Below are positions 26,000-39,785 of a stretch of DNA of 64,000 bases, piece by piece. Each line of letters starts with the position of its first letter. The first letter of the stretch is position 1. The position numbers and the translations under genes were made by a program. The notes below the pieces were generated by a model, which was given only the letters and a program-made list of their open reading frames with translations, did not search any database and was not told the DNA's origin. Origin of the DNA: Phoronis australis (lineage: Eukaryota; Animalia; Phoronida); the NCBI GenBank assembly GCA_002633005.1, contig NMRA01000640.1, forward strand, positions 153,320 through 217,319, read 5' to 3'.

Positions 26000-27434
26000 T
26001 GGTAACAGGCACGAAACATGAAACCGTGGCAACGGAATTGAATTTGATCATAATGTTAAAATCAGTTTTCTACTGGAAACGTTTAAGTGTTAAAACATTT
26101 GTTCTCAGTAGAACACTTATTACTGTGTAAGTAGAATTTATACCATGCCCTCTTGAAAACTTTTATCCCCATGAATTTCCCGAGATGAATAGATATTTTA
26201 TAACGCTTTCTTGAAATAAAAGATCTCAGAAATCAATGTTTCAGCTAATCAGGAAATCGCAACAAATAACCAGTAAAAGAGTCGCTATATTGTGAGTAAA
26301 GACATCAAAATCCCATGTGGCCTGAGAAAAATAGGTGAGCACCTTCCTCAATATGAAAGGAATTTTTAAACAAACTCGAAAGCGCAGCTAAGGGCAAATT
26401 CTGTTCAAGCTGTCTAAAAAGGCAACAGTTGTCAAAAGAAGCCTTGTCGTTAACCCAACTGTTGATTCAATCACACAAAGAGTCCAGTACTGTGGAAGCG
26501 CCAGCTGCTGGTGACGGTGAAACCGATATGCTCATAGATTCATCAGTGCAACTGAGTCGCATGATCTCCGGTCTTGTAGAAAATCTCGGGCTGCCAGGTT
26601 GAGAGCCTGGAATTCTTTGACAAGTGTATCGAGTAAAAGTAGCTTTTGTGTTTTAAATCTGAGGATTGACATAAAGCCAACGCCTTTTGAGTGGCCGTAT
26701 TAGTTTTGTTTTGACGCGTAAAGTTTTTACGAACGGAACCTGTATACCTACTTGTGTTTTTTTCACTATATAGTTTTTTTTTCGTTTTCATGAACGCCAA
26801 GGTCGAAATCCGCCCTTGTCCAACAATTTTCACACAGCTATAATTGACTATAGCTTATCTTAATTTAAAAAATTTCGCCCTTTTTCGACTCGCGTGTTTT
26901 GCGACTTTGAGTTTAGTGTACGTAAATCCCGACATCAGTGAGAACTGCATTCCCGAGTGGTTTTAGTCAAATGTTAAGTGGTTCGCCAAAATGTAAAAAG
27001 CTGATGAATAATTATGTTTGTGTGTATTACAAACAATATTTTAACGGTGGTCAGCATGTGTAGGTCGTTTTGTCCAATTTGCCCGCATGGAGCCTGTTTA
27101 CACAGGTTGTACAACTCTCTTGGGAAGGAACACAACAAAAATAATTCGGAGAACTCAATAATATTGTCCCGTAAGCGAAATTGGGCACATCTGGGCGCGA
27201 AATAACATTTTGCACTGTTGAATTGCCGACGGTCACTGTGGCGATCTAGTAAAATTATGGATATTCATGTTCCTTTAGAGAAAATATTGCGTTTGCTCTC
27301 CCAATGTTCGTCCAGTATCTATTTATTGCTCGTGTGTTTACTGAGCCCATGTGATTGGCACATTTCCAGTCACCAAATACATCCATAGTGTCATCAAACG
27401 GGTAAATCTGTCAACGATACGAGAAACCACCTAC

Positions 27435-27510
27435 CTGTCAACTTTTCGCAGGAGACAGCCATGATAAGGAAAACAGCAACAAGTAAAAACACACAAAGCC
27501 GATGTTCCAT
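27435..27510 (-). CDS. Exon 1 (signal peptide) of Sushi-Sushi-MAM type I membrane protein, class C scavenger receptor-like
   Basis: ATG at 27510 gives MEHRLCVFLLVAVFLIMAVSCEKLT, a hydrophobic signal peptide; phase-1 donor GTAGGT matches exon 2. Confidence 0.75.
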
Positions 27511-29194
27511 AGCCATTCCTTCTTGAAATACGGTTTGACGGTCGAAGAATCAGCTACTAAAAAGTGGTTGTGTCCGTGCCAACATATGAACTGTTCGAAC
27601 GAAAATGAGGACTTTTCTAGTGACCCTTGGTTAAAATTGGTGACCTGCCTTGTTCCCTTTCCCGTCGTGTGTCAGCGGTCGGTCCAGGAAGGCATGTGAG
27701 GAAAAGTGTTTGCATCGACATTTCCGGTTTAAGAATACATGCTATACCAAATCTATATCACTTAACACAAATTGTATCTACGTATAGGATTATTAGTTTA
27801 ACGAATTGTGGGACCATTGCTGCAGATGGAGAAATTTCCGAGAGTGCATTTAAATTCGCCAATTTATTTACTGCCTGCCCGACCTCTGATCGGGCGCCAC
27901 TAGAGGGGGCTCGTGCACTAGCAGTTGCACTGTTGGCAACTGTTGCATATGATCAAATACGTTGCAGTCTTTTGTCTTTTGTCTTTTTAGAACTAAGGCT
28001 GACGGCTTTTTGTTTTGCCATGTAACTTCATGTTGTTAGTTTAAAACTCGAAACAACAATGAACTCGAACTTGAAACACAGAAGTAGGCTAATAAGTGAC
28101 AAAATAACAATCATTTTGAAAAGGTAAATGCCATGGGATGGCAGCAAGCAACATATGTGTTATACTAAGTCACTCTGTTACTACATACACAACATACTCT
28201 CTAAACGGTTTTCCTGTGAAGCGCATTATTTCGTTTGACTTGGAAACTGGAAAGCGATTTTTGGTTCCAGTGGGGACCACAGATAGCGGAAAACCCGGTT
28301 GCCACAGTGATTTCTGGCAAAAGTGCAAAAGCAAGTCCAGACTTCAATCTGCTGTCAACGTGGGCACGTTCTTGACTAAATTTGAGACCACGATCACTGC
28401 ACTATCCGAAGTCCACAAATCTGAAAATTCAAACTCAGCTAACAATAAAAAAATCTTAGGAAGTTAACGTTATTAATTCGAAAAATATACCGCACATGAA
28501 TTCACACCTGACCACTAGTGGAAACTGGGACAATTTCTCGACCTATCTCAGAATTCATTGAGTTATTAAGTGGTGCATTCTCAACAGATGCATATCAATG
28601 TATTCCAGACTAAAAGATATTTTTCAGGTGCTTCACGCGAATGAAAGGCGAGTATTTCGCGACTACTCTGGCGTGCAGTTAGCAAAATGGCCGTCTAAAG
28701 TATATGGGTCGGCGTGGAATGTTGAATTATGTGATATTATTTTTGTTTTCGTTCCATAAGCAATGAGTTCTCGCTGCAGGTATGCACGAAATGCTACCCC
28801 GTGTGTTCGCAATTGCGTGGACATAATACTGAAGTGATTAAACGACCACGTGGAGCTCCAATGCCACAGCCAACGAGACAGGAGACTCCTCGCTCCATCT
28901 GATGTCAATCTCCTGGACCGCTTACGTCTGATGACTCAACAGGACGAATTCATGCGTCGTCCCAAGTCCACTTGACTGCCGTGATTTGGCACTCAAGCTG
29001 ACCGTCACAACCCCTCGCACTCGCAAATGATTTCTTCACGACATAACACATTTAGTGGCAGGTCGATGTTGATCGTAAACAAAGGTCACGCAAAGTTAAT
29101 TAAAGGTTTTAGCATCTGTTCCTATTACGAACAATTTTGTTTGTGGGCGGGCCACAGCACAGGCTCTTAAGGGAATGAAGAACAGGCGAAATTA

Positions 29195-29395
29195 CCGTCT
29201 TCATCATCGTCGTCTTCATTACTATTAATAAAATCATGATGGACCCCATCATCATCGTATTTATTACATTAATCGTCATCGTCACCACCAACACCACTGC
29301 CAACACCACCGGCAACTTCGTCATAAACACCATCATCGATCGTCGTCATCGCCATATTACCACCACCACCACCATCGTCATCATCACTATCAACC
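29195..29395. repeat. Degenerate (CAT/CAC/CGT)n trinucleotide repeat
   Basis: Directly visible low complexity. Confidence 0.85.
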
Positions 29396-31085
29396 TTTCA
29401 ATTCGCACCAAGCCAGCTGAAACCTGTAAGGCTCTTATAATCGAGACCAAGAACTGCATTACCATGTCTTTACCACGTAATAAGAATTATTGCATGCTGC
29501 AAGAAGCAATGTATTCCCCAAACAAAATTTATAAAGTTCTTTTAAGATCAGTGGAAGGTCCAAGGTGTCTTCGTTATTTGATGCAAGAGAACGTGCATTG
29601 CCACTGTCAGGGTGTAGCAATAAATCGTGCCATGTTTCTCTTTTACTCGCACAGTCCCAACGCAAAAAACAGGAGCACCTTCGCGTACAATTTGACACTC
29701 AGGCGGATCAGGCTTCCCGTGAATCGGACACCTGACTGGGATGTCCAATTTGTGCTGGTACGGTTTTTTAAAATCACTTGACATCTGTGGTCGTACATGT
29801 ACTTGTGTCAGTGTGCGACAGAAATCACGTACGTGGAGCAGGGATACTAAAAGCGTGTTTTTAATAACATCCTTGAGAGGGAGCTGTATGAACGCATTAG
29901 TTTTAATTAATTGCAAATTTCTCCATACTCTGTGTGCGTAATTACCAACGTAAATTTATTATTACTCAAGTCAATTGGAGCTTTTTCCGCACATTGTTTG
30001 CGTACGGAAATTAGGAACGCAGGAAACTCGCCACGGACTATGCGAACGTCCGTCCGATGATGCATTGACCGATCGAGCGATGTTGTGAGCGTACGTTTAT
30101 CAAACGCCACACATGCAATAACTATAGGCATACAACAAACTATGTTATCATCTAATGAAATATTTCAGATGGCCTCTATGCCAAGGTGCTTAAGATTATG
30201 TAGGATTCTAGAAAAATGCTCAAACTTAAATGACATTGGAACACAATATCTTAAAAACGGTAGATCGGGTTATTGCTACAATTATTTTGGTATGATAGTA
30301 CCTTGTTTTTTCCTAAATTTAACTGAACATATTTGGTCACGTTACCCAATTACCGGCAGATTGGTTTAAAACCAACAATTGAATTATACAATCTTAAGTA
30401 CTTTTAGAAAAGTTATACTTGAACAGAGTGTTGAATCCAAAAGTTCTATAGTAGATGTTTAGCTAAATGAATAGACGTGCTCCATCGTTAGATTTATCGT
30501 GACGGAAAACCCGCGTTTGTAGATCGAGGAAATTGTGGCTGCGTGTGTCTTGTTCAGCCAGATCAGGAATTCTACGTTTTCTGCAAAAAAAACCTTGTCA
30601 TTATTCGAGGTCTTTAAATTGTTTTAGTTTGTCGATGGAAAAATAATCGGGTCTTAACTTCGAAGGAGCTTTCTCGTTGAATGAATATTTGCTGCAAATT
30701 TCGTGGGGAAATTTATTTGACTTGTGAAAATCTAGTACGCGTTTTCTTATCTCCGGAACAAGGTGAGTTCTATAACCGTTGTGAAATCCGGGACGACCCT
30801 AATGAATAGGGTCCTGCGTAATCTTAATACAACATTTTTTTAATATGTTGTAGATGGCGTGCAGTTATGCCTACCTAACAAAAAGTAACATGTTTCCGAA
30901 ACAAGGCCCATATTTCCATCAGCAGTTTTTCACTTTCAGACAATGCAATATTCGCTCAAGGCGCTCCTTCGGACATTTCCTAAAGCAGATTGATTTCAAT
31001 TAAAATGAAAAAACAAAATAACTTAAAAGACAAAAAGATCACGTGACATTGATTGGAAGATGAATAATCAGATAATCTCAGACCT

Positions 31086-31333
31086 GGGGCCCGTTCCAAG
31101 AAACTTACTTAAGTTCATTTTTGACTTAAGTATAAGATTTGTTTCAACTTCCAAACTTTGAAATTTCCACACCCGGTAAATTAGACAAAATTAAGAGAAA
31201 GCCTACGTCAAAAACTTAAGTCAAACTTAAGATCTTTCTTGAAACAGATTTAAGACAAATATAATTTTTATCTCAATATTTACTGAAATATAAGATTCGT
31301 CTTAGCTAAGTCAGTTTTCTTGGAACGGACCCC
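31086..31333. mobile_element. PIF/Harbinger-like MITE
   Basis: ggggcccgttccaagaaac ... gttttcttggaacggacccc TIRs, CTG/CAG flanks. Confidence 0.8.
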
Positions 31334-34300
31334 AGTTCACTGAAATCTTTTACTCCCATTTTAGAAACGATTTTCGGATTGTGTCGGAATACGCCTTCTG
31401 TATACTGCAGAAGATTAAACATTGTTATGCCTTTACCTGTTTCATTAAACATTTGATCAAGCTACTTACTACTAAAACTTATAACCCGACTGAAACCATA
31501 TCTGTTCTTATGCTCGCCCTGTTACACCCACACCCACCCACAGCACTTTGTGGGCGTATTGCTTGGGATTCTCCTCTGAGCAACAAAGCCTCCCAGAAAT
31601 TTTTGCTCATATCAAAATTGAGGCGATCAACGAAGAACTCTGTCACGCGCCATCGTATCAGCAACAACTACATGTATGTCCAGTGGGTCAGGGAGAAATA
31701 TACTGCGAAATGGCCTCTTTGTTCGTTCAGTTGTATTTCACATGTACATGTACATCTGCATGTCTGCGGTGTTTTCCACCGTCCATTCTTCTAATCGTCG
31801 TAAATGAAACCAAGTCCGAGAAGGGATTGCTGATTTGCATTTGACTTGAATCCAACTGATAAATGATTCAGAAACAGTGAATGCGATAACTGTGAAACCT
31901 AAAAATTCAGTGTATAAAGCTTCAGTGCATACAAGTTCAGTTCATACAATTTAATAAGAGGTTTAATTATTCTTGTGCAAGCAGCCCTCAAACTTCATTA
32001 GTTCGAGTTCTTCAGAGGTTCAGACTCCGAGTTTGCGCCTTCATAGGTGCACGAACGTGAAGTTTAGAAAACAACATAATTAAACATTAAGATCAGTGTT
32101 AGACTAAACAAATATCTTTAATTAAAAGAGTGTCCACTTGCAGAGATTTTAGTTGACACCAATACAAAAGACACCAGTGAACATTATACTTAGCAAATGA
32201 AATGGGTGTGATTTCCAGAGCATTTTTATATTTGGAAAATACCTTGATAAGGCACGCATTGCCAGACTTCACTGAAAATCGTTGTCGCGTTTTGATGACT
32301 GCGTGTGCAAATGTGTAGGCCTTCTCTGGTACGCACTACTTATAAATTTCAAACCAGCACACCTCATTACCCATAATTCATTCGCGCCCAATATCAGAAA
32401 GCCATCGAATATTCTATTGGCTTTTGTACTTAGCCAGAATTTTGGCTACGAATAGCCAAAATTCATTATTGTCTTATGCGTGGCTTGAAAGACTTTTGTT
32501 TTCTATGTAAGCAAGCAGTCTAGGGATTCTGCCTTGGCGTCGAGTTGTAGCCAGGTTTTCTGACTTTCAGCCTTAGCTTGATTCTTGTGTAACAGCTAAG
32601 CTAAGTTGTCCCCAGACTGGTTTGTAGCCAACAGTCAACACATAAAAGTCAAGGACACTTCGAGCAACAGGCTCCAGAGCTCAAGATTCGCCCAATAATT
32701 GTTAGCAGTGAGTATGCAAGGACAACTTACCCCTTAATGAGCTTGTCTTTGTGTTGATCCGATTGTGACGTGAGTTATATTTATAAGAAGTCCACGGAAA
32801 TTAAGCAAAATATTCAACTGATTTCTATTGCACGCGAATCATTACGTATGCATTTCAAAATTAAAAAGAACGCCTTAACTGAAATTGATTTTAGAAAATA
32901 TATTTTACCGGTGAGAATTATATTCTAAAGCAAAAAATCCAAATGAACCACAGGAACTCTGGAATCCGCGGGGGTCTACCTTTGTTATCTATTCATTGAT
33001 ACATGTATATATTGCACACTTAAATTAATCTGAGTGGGGCCAGCACTGGGTGATTGGCGTGCGTATGTGTATCATACAAAATTTTAATTAAAAGTACCTC
33101 AACACTATCAACAACATTTTGTAATGTTAGATTCGATGTCATTGTCCCCACAATTATGGTAACTATTCATAATGTTAAGTTTGAAGAATGATTGATAAAA
33201 ATACCAATATTTATGAAAAGCGGAACTTTTATGCATATCGATTAGGATATGACTGCTGACATAACCCGAAACTGCAAGTCTTCCCTTCCCAACTAACCCT
33301 GTTGACATCCTGTTTGATGACATTAAAGATTCATGGCGGCAAATTGTATGGTTTGACAAAGAGATTGTTCCTTTATCCTGAATAAATAACTTTCCTAAAC
33401 ATTGGCAACGTTTTGTAATTTAATTACAATTAACACAGATGTTGAAAACTTAACATCGATCTCTGCGATCGAAGCCTCTCAAAATAAAATCCAAATTCGA
33501 AAGTTTTACTTCAGACATTGCCTCAATTAACAACTGTTAAGTTAAAAAATTGGTGGAATGACAAATTGCATCGTTAGACTCTCGAGGAGTACAGCGGACT
33601 TTCATATAGCATGCAGAACTGTTTATATACGTCAGCATATATAAAAATTTTGGCAGCCAAACATCGGCAAACTTTTTGAGAGGTTTAGTGTGAACATAAT
33701 GTCGAACCTCTGCATATTAAATGAAGTGGTTTACCTTGTTTTAATATAACACTTGTTTCAAAATTCATTACAGCACCTCCGTGACTTAGTTAAAAATTGT
33801 GTACGGCTATAAATCGATGTGTAAGAAATTGAATTACCTCGTTACAAACTTCCTCGTGTGGGCTGAATGACAGTGATGACGGGGCATTCAAGGAACTTTT
33901 GTCGTGTGCTGAACATTGTGACGAAAATGATAAAGTGAAGACTTCCTTTTGAAATACTTTAATACAGGAAGTATGACTACATTTGTTGAATTTGGATTTT
34001 AGTAGTTTTTTATTGTAAATACAGCAGTTAGCGACGGGTCAGTCAATTTGTACGAGTTCAGGGATGTTTTTATGGGCCCGTTTCATCTTAGGCGCACCCA
34101 CCGATCGAAGTTAAAACGGTCGTAAGTACATGGATACGAATCGGAGCTTTGCTCTTCAAAGAACGAATCCGACCCGACACTTGTGTTCACGCTCAAAAAC
34201 ATCTTTAGAAACCAATACAAATTAGATATGACACTCTCAGCTACTATTGGACATACAACGTACGTGTTCTGGTTAATGGAGCATGGGTATTTGGGTGGTG

Positions 34301-35153
34301 ATTTGGAAATGGAACAAATCGAAACGGAAGTGGAGACTTTGTAACGTAAACAAGGGGGTAGTGGATATGACTATCAACAACATACAGAGGATTATTTCGC
34401 CGCTGCTTGTTGAGGAGCCAGTATTAATTTCATAACCGAGGAGCTTATCCGATCTCAAATCACAGGCAATGCTCACATGTGCCGTTTTCGAAATCGAAAT
34501 TTTAGGATTGGCCAACACCAATAAAAGCTGAAGTGTTGTTTTTTTGAGTCGCCGATGATTTCGATGTTCATGTTGGTAACAGAAACAGAATCCTATCACC
34601 GTGAGGAATTTTATGCGCTTTTAATAGACTCAACGTCTGTCGACAAACTCTACACCTTATAAAATTTATTATATTATAGAAAATCAATACAAAACAAGAA
34701 TTCTGCTGTAAATAGTGCGTTGGTAAGTCAACAAGATCCAATAGATGCCAGTGTTGAATGGTGTGCCGGGAGCGACAGTTCGGACCCGAGCTGATCACGA
34801 GGCTCATAATAACCGTATCAAACAAATACACAAAAATGGATTAGCTCACATTGGCGAACCAAATAGCACGTGCAAGACTGTTCGATGAATTTAGACCACA
34901 GAATCATGAAAACAAATGATACACAAGCAGAACGCTTGGCTTTGACCCATATTTCCCTGAGGTCCTTTATACTGACAGGTACATGTATTCACTAAATCTA
35001 TTTGGCACCAGGCTGGGAAACGATTTTTTTATGAGAAAAACAGAGAAACCAGTTTTTCTGGAATGACCTGTTTTACAAATTAGTCGCTGAACATTTGGAG
35101 AGTGTCGAAGGATCAGAATAGAAATTCAACAGCAACCAATTCGAAGCAGACGA

Positions 35154-35234
35154 TCAACTCAACGAATTTCGACGTGTTGCAGACGATAAGTCGACACCCA
35201 TTCGCTCCAAGGCTAACATGGCATTAACTGCTTT
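35154..35234 (-). CDS. MYLK: MLCK-like kinase, last exon (end of CaM-binding helix)
   Basis: TTTCAG acceptor; KAVNAMLALERMGVDLSSATRRNSLS*, completing RRKWQKAVNA. Confidence 0.88.
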   Translation of the reverse strand, partial: KAVNAMLALERMGVDLSSATRRNSLS

Positions 35235-35269
35235 CTGAAAGAAAATAAATTTTAAAGTGAGGTACTGAT

Positions 35270-35800
35270 AACAAACTTACGAAATTAAATTTCCTGGATA
35301 CTGCAGAATGGTGGTACAATGCTTTTTCTTACATCTATTCATTCACCGAGGATGTTTCTCTGAGATGGTTCCAGTTTAGACTGGTTCATAGAATTATAAG
35401 CTGTAATGAATTTTTATACAAGATTGGCGTAATTGATAGCTCATTGTGCACTTTTTGCTTAAATAAAATTGAATCTATTGTCCATGTGTACTGGTTTTGT
35501 AACGTTACTCAGCAGTTTTGGACTAATGTAAATAACTGGCTCGAAGATGCTGTTGGACATAGTTTAGATCTGTCTACACACCCAGTTCTGTTTGGTGTTC
35601 AGATGGAAGCAGTTTTACACAAAGTATGGTTCTTTGCCTCGGCACGTACCACATTTATAAACAAATATTAAAGTGCAAATATCCCTGCCTTGCCATGTTT
35701 AAAAAGGAAGTTGCATTGCACATTTCCACTGAACGGTATATATATGTATAGAACGAAAATGAAGTCTGGTGAATTTATAGAGCACTGGCAAGGTCTTGAC
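35270..35800 (+). mobile_element. L1/Tx1-like LINE 3' relic (zf-RVT) in the last MLCK intron
   Basis: LRWFQFRLVHRII.CN..LYKIG...SSLCTFC...ESIVHVYWFC. Confidence 0.85.
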
Positions 35801-36341
35801 CTTGTTTGCTTATTCTGAATGAATCATATCCTCTACTTGATTTTTCTCTAATGTCAAATTACCTTTGTACATATCAGCACCGTAAGTTAACACCTTAACT
35901 GTTCCTTGACTAAACAAACAAGTTATTGCATGGTGTAATTGTGTGATCTGTATCGTACCTATTATATTGAAAAAAGGTAACGAAATTATAGTTCATTATT
36001 TGCTTGGTTTGTACCGCTATTTTAAATCACGTCATCCAGGTTTGGAATATTGAAAAGTGACAAATTTTCATTAATTTTTCACAAAATAAATAGTATAAAC
36101 AGATGTCGTAACTTATTTACAGGGGTATTATCGGTGAGAAAAGTAATCCCGAAACCAGCCTCAGAGCGGAATCGAACATGGAACCCCTTTAAAGTGATAC
36201 CATACCCGGTTTTGGCCCATTAACTGATACTAAAAACGACTTTCTCATCCAGTTCTTTGAAACAAAATAATGTTTTGTAACCCTCGACAATCCTCAAAAG
36301 TTTGGAGGAACATTTGAAAACTCCTTTCAAAACCTGCTTAA

Positions 36342-36587
36342 AGGGCAAGCTCGAACGAGCCCCTCCATTTGGCGAAGTGGGCAAAAAGGTCGGCCTCAGA
36401 TAAACAAAAAGTCCGATAAAAAGGAGACAAAAGTCCTTTAAAAAATACGCAAACGCACAGTTCACAGTTCTGAAGGTGGTACCCCGTTTTATTTTTTGTT
36501 AGTCCTCCCGATTTTTTGTCCTCAAAAGGTCCACATCGACAGAAATTCGAGCCCGACCCCCCATTTTCAATGCTGGGTGCGCGCATA
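36342..36587. mobile_element. MITE family A copy, left end truncated
   Basis: gctcgaacgagcccc...catttggcgaagtgggcaaaa...ctgggtgcgcgcat. Confidence 0.8.
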
Positions 36588-37009
36588 CAACTGTGGGTCC
36601 CGGAAAATACCACCCACCAAGGACCGTAGAATCCATCTTATGAGATTGGGAGTGAGAGTTTTTAGTTGAGTCGCCTTTATCTTTCGACACTTACGCCAAT
36701 CATGTATTAGCAAATGACGACCATTGGAGGAAATCAGGGCTACGTATCCGGTAAAGTCACCGGCTTAGTTTTCAGCAAATGTCTAGCAAACATTGGCGAA
36801 ATGACGATTTACAATAAAGTCACACAACGGTTCAAAGCTCTGGTCAAAGCTAACAGCTTTAACTTACGAAGTCTGTCCCATCCAATGCATTTTTACAGTA
36901 CGCGGCAAAAGCGATCATGTCATTTTAACCCCTTGTCCCTCACCATAGCCGCATTGCATGAAGGCAATGTCAACGTTTATCTAAGACTTTCGTAGTCTCT
37001 ACGTAAACT

Positions 37010-37628
37010 ACTCGCTGGTCCCCTACGTGCTTAGCCAGCACGCAGGTATCACGCAGTGGCACGCGCTTTAGCATTGGTTGATGTAACCTCAGCAGTCATT
37101 GGTTAGCTTTACAACACCGTGAAAAAATGGCGGACTGTAAACGATTTTTAGCCTTGTCATGCAAGTGGCGTCGCAGCAACTATTTCGTTTCTGCAGTGAT
37201 GTTTAATAGCCGCGTGCTTGAAGCACATACATGTACAATAAACACATATCTGGCCGATTTAACCGGTGTGTTATTCATACTGTATGACTACAGGACAGTA
37301 TGTAAACAAAAGTCATCGACAGTAGAAAGATGCATTCCGAAAAGGCGCAACCACAATTTCTAGGATTCACATTTCCTGAACATAAATTTTAAGCACCCAT
37401 TTGTCGGTACAACAGACCAAATTTACACGTCAGTCCATCAGTCATGCCAACATAGTCTATAGAGTATCTATGATACCAGTTAGTTTGCGTAAAGCGCTGC
37501 CTGTTGAGAATTCGACTAGCCAGTCAGAAACGCCGATGTGAAAATTTTCCCCGAGGAAAATTAAGAGATACCTGCGTGCTGGCTACTGACCACCTAGCGG
37601 CACGCAGGGAACCAGCGAGCTTAAACTA
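37010..37628. mobile_element. ~600-bp non-autonomous DNA element with ~40-bp inverted repeats
   Basis: ctcgctggtcccctacgtgcttagccagcacgcaggtatc mirrored by gatacctgcgtgctggcta..gcacgcagggaaccagcgag. Confidence 0.7.
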
Positions 37629-37743
37629 GAGCCATTAACACATAGCTGCCACGCCCTCTAGCGTCCAGGCAGGATCCAGCCATTTTGAATACATCACCTC
37701 ACGACGAACGGATTCTGCCAATGACGGGGTCGAAAGCGCTCAC

Positions 37744-37876
37744 CTGCCACTTTCGTCTCATAACAAATTTCTTGAGCTTCTTCTTTGATTGGTTCAGGCT
37801 ACGTTGACATCGCGTCCATTTAAAACTTCTCTGTAACCAAGGCTGGACGAGACACTCAGACGCAGTCATACGTTTC
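37744..37876 (-). CDS. MYLK: MLCK-like kinase exon (subdomain XI and autoinhibitory segment)
   Basis: KRMTASECLVQPWL...KKKLKKFVMRRKWQ; phase 2-0. Confidence 0.92.
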
Positions 37877-38665
37877 CTACAATTAGATAAGAAACACCTC
37901 AGTGCAGCAGCGTTTCGCGATCAGCATTACAACCCACACTCCAGAGATCTCGCACGCACTTCTTAGCGCCATCTACAGCCCCCTCCCCAAAAAGTCTTAC
38001 TCCAAGCGCACTAGTTACTTAATTAGCAAAAGGTCACGCCTCTTTTCCTTTTTCACGAGTTCAGAGCATACATGGTGATAAGAAAATTTAATTTCAGCTT
38101 TACAAGACCTTTGGTCTTTAACATAGTTTGCTCTTTACATTTATAAGGCTCGCCGCGCACTGAGCGTAAATTTCGCAGGGAAGCTAATACCCAAGAAAAT
38201 TTTGTTGAGTTGGTTTCCAGTACGTGCGTTACGTTGATTCACCCTAGGAACCTCAATGAGGTTCCTAGGTTCACCTCACCAAAGGCACTCGATTTAGTCT
38301 TTTTGACAACGTTACTCGTCCAACCCGGCAGCATATTCCCACAATTTGGGTTACTATACGTCGTCAATACAAATTCGTTGGTCTTCATTATGTCAACCCA
38401 TACATGACGATTCACTCAAGCGCCAGTGTTCGGCCATTTACTACGTAAGCCAACACTGGGCATAATTGATCGGTGGCTAACAGAACGGAAATTAAATTAT
38501 GTATTCAAAGTCCCAGGATGTGATGTGTCACTGCATGGAACACCCCCCTCTATTGGGCAGAAGTCCTGTTTAAGAACATTCGATTGCAGGTAAATCTCCA
38601 TAATGCATCTAAAATTGCAAAGACGATGATTCCATAACATACACTTATGGTCCTATAATACTCAC

Positions 38666-38818
38666 GACGGGTTTCTGAGCAGCAGTTTGGATATAAAATT
38701 CTTGCAGTTGGACGACACTTCATTGAATTCTTCGTCTTCAAATGTGAAATCACCTTTGCTGATGTTGCATAGTGTTTCTTGGTCGTTATCTCCCAGGAAT
38801 GGTGACAACCCTGAAACA
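38666..38818 (-). CDS. MYLK: MLCK-like kinase exon (subdomains IX-X)
   Basis: VSGLSPFLGDNDQETLCNISKGDFTFEDEEF; phase 2-2. Confidence 0.95.
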
Positions 38819-39641
38819 CTACAAACGAAAATATACACATGTATAGTCTCAGTCACAAGGTGACGAGAATCTCTCGACCACGAGACGGCTCACCTAAAAC
38901 TGCAAAAGAACCTACGCATATAGGCGACATTTCGCGAGTGGGTCTAAAATAGTTCTGCGGGCGACACTTTACTAGAAATGGAAGCTGAAGAAGTTATCAA
39001 AAGCCAACATAATCGCTTGGCTTTGTGTTTGATAATCCAATATTACAGATCATGCTTTTTCGTCTAGTGAACATGTCGCATACGTGTGGAGACTAATTTA
39101 ACCGGATATTGGTAAGATAATACACGCTAGTATTGTCTTACCAAACAAATGCGTCTAGTCTGCCTAATTTTTACGGCAGTGCTCGTTTACTATCCACGGA
39201 AAAGTTGATCCTACACCACGGAGTAATTCCAGGTCAGAATAAAATACGCTTTGATGACTTTATGCCACACATTCTTGAATAAATCTAGATAAAAACGCGC
39301 AGTAATACATGTCAGTAGCCTACTCGGAGTAAAACGGTAGAAACCATGTGTAGAGTAAGATGCAGTCACGAGAAATAATTATTCACGTAAACAATGATCG
39401 TGTAAGTTATCTGCCCACCCATATGTATGTATTATACTGGCTGTTCTTGACAGAATCTGACCGAACTGAGCCAATATGCCTCCCTAGTCGCTATAGGCCC
39501 GCGTTAGTATGATGACCAGGAACACGAATTTGATGCGCTTACGGCAATGCTAATTAGTTCTCGTTTAAATACTCCCGAGACAAAATTAACTGTTGCGAGT
39601 TAGTAGTCAAAGGCGTATTTTTTTCGGTGTATGCCTACTTA

Positions 39642-39785
<144 letters not shown>

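Noticed and set aside
28925-28965. CTGATGA...GACGAAT hammerhead-like motif
   Set aside because: GAAA box is broken and there is no stem II
29236-29781. 181-aa ORF
   Set aside because: N-terminal part is a trinucleotide repeat; no recognisable domain or splice support
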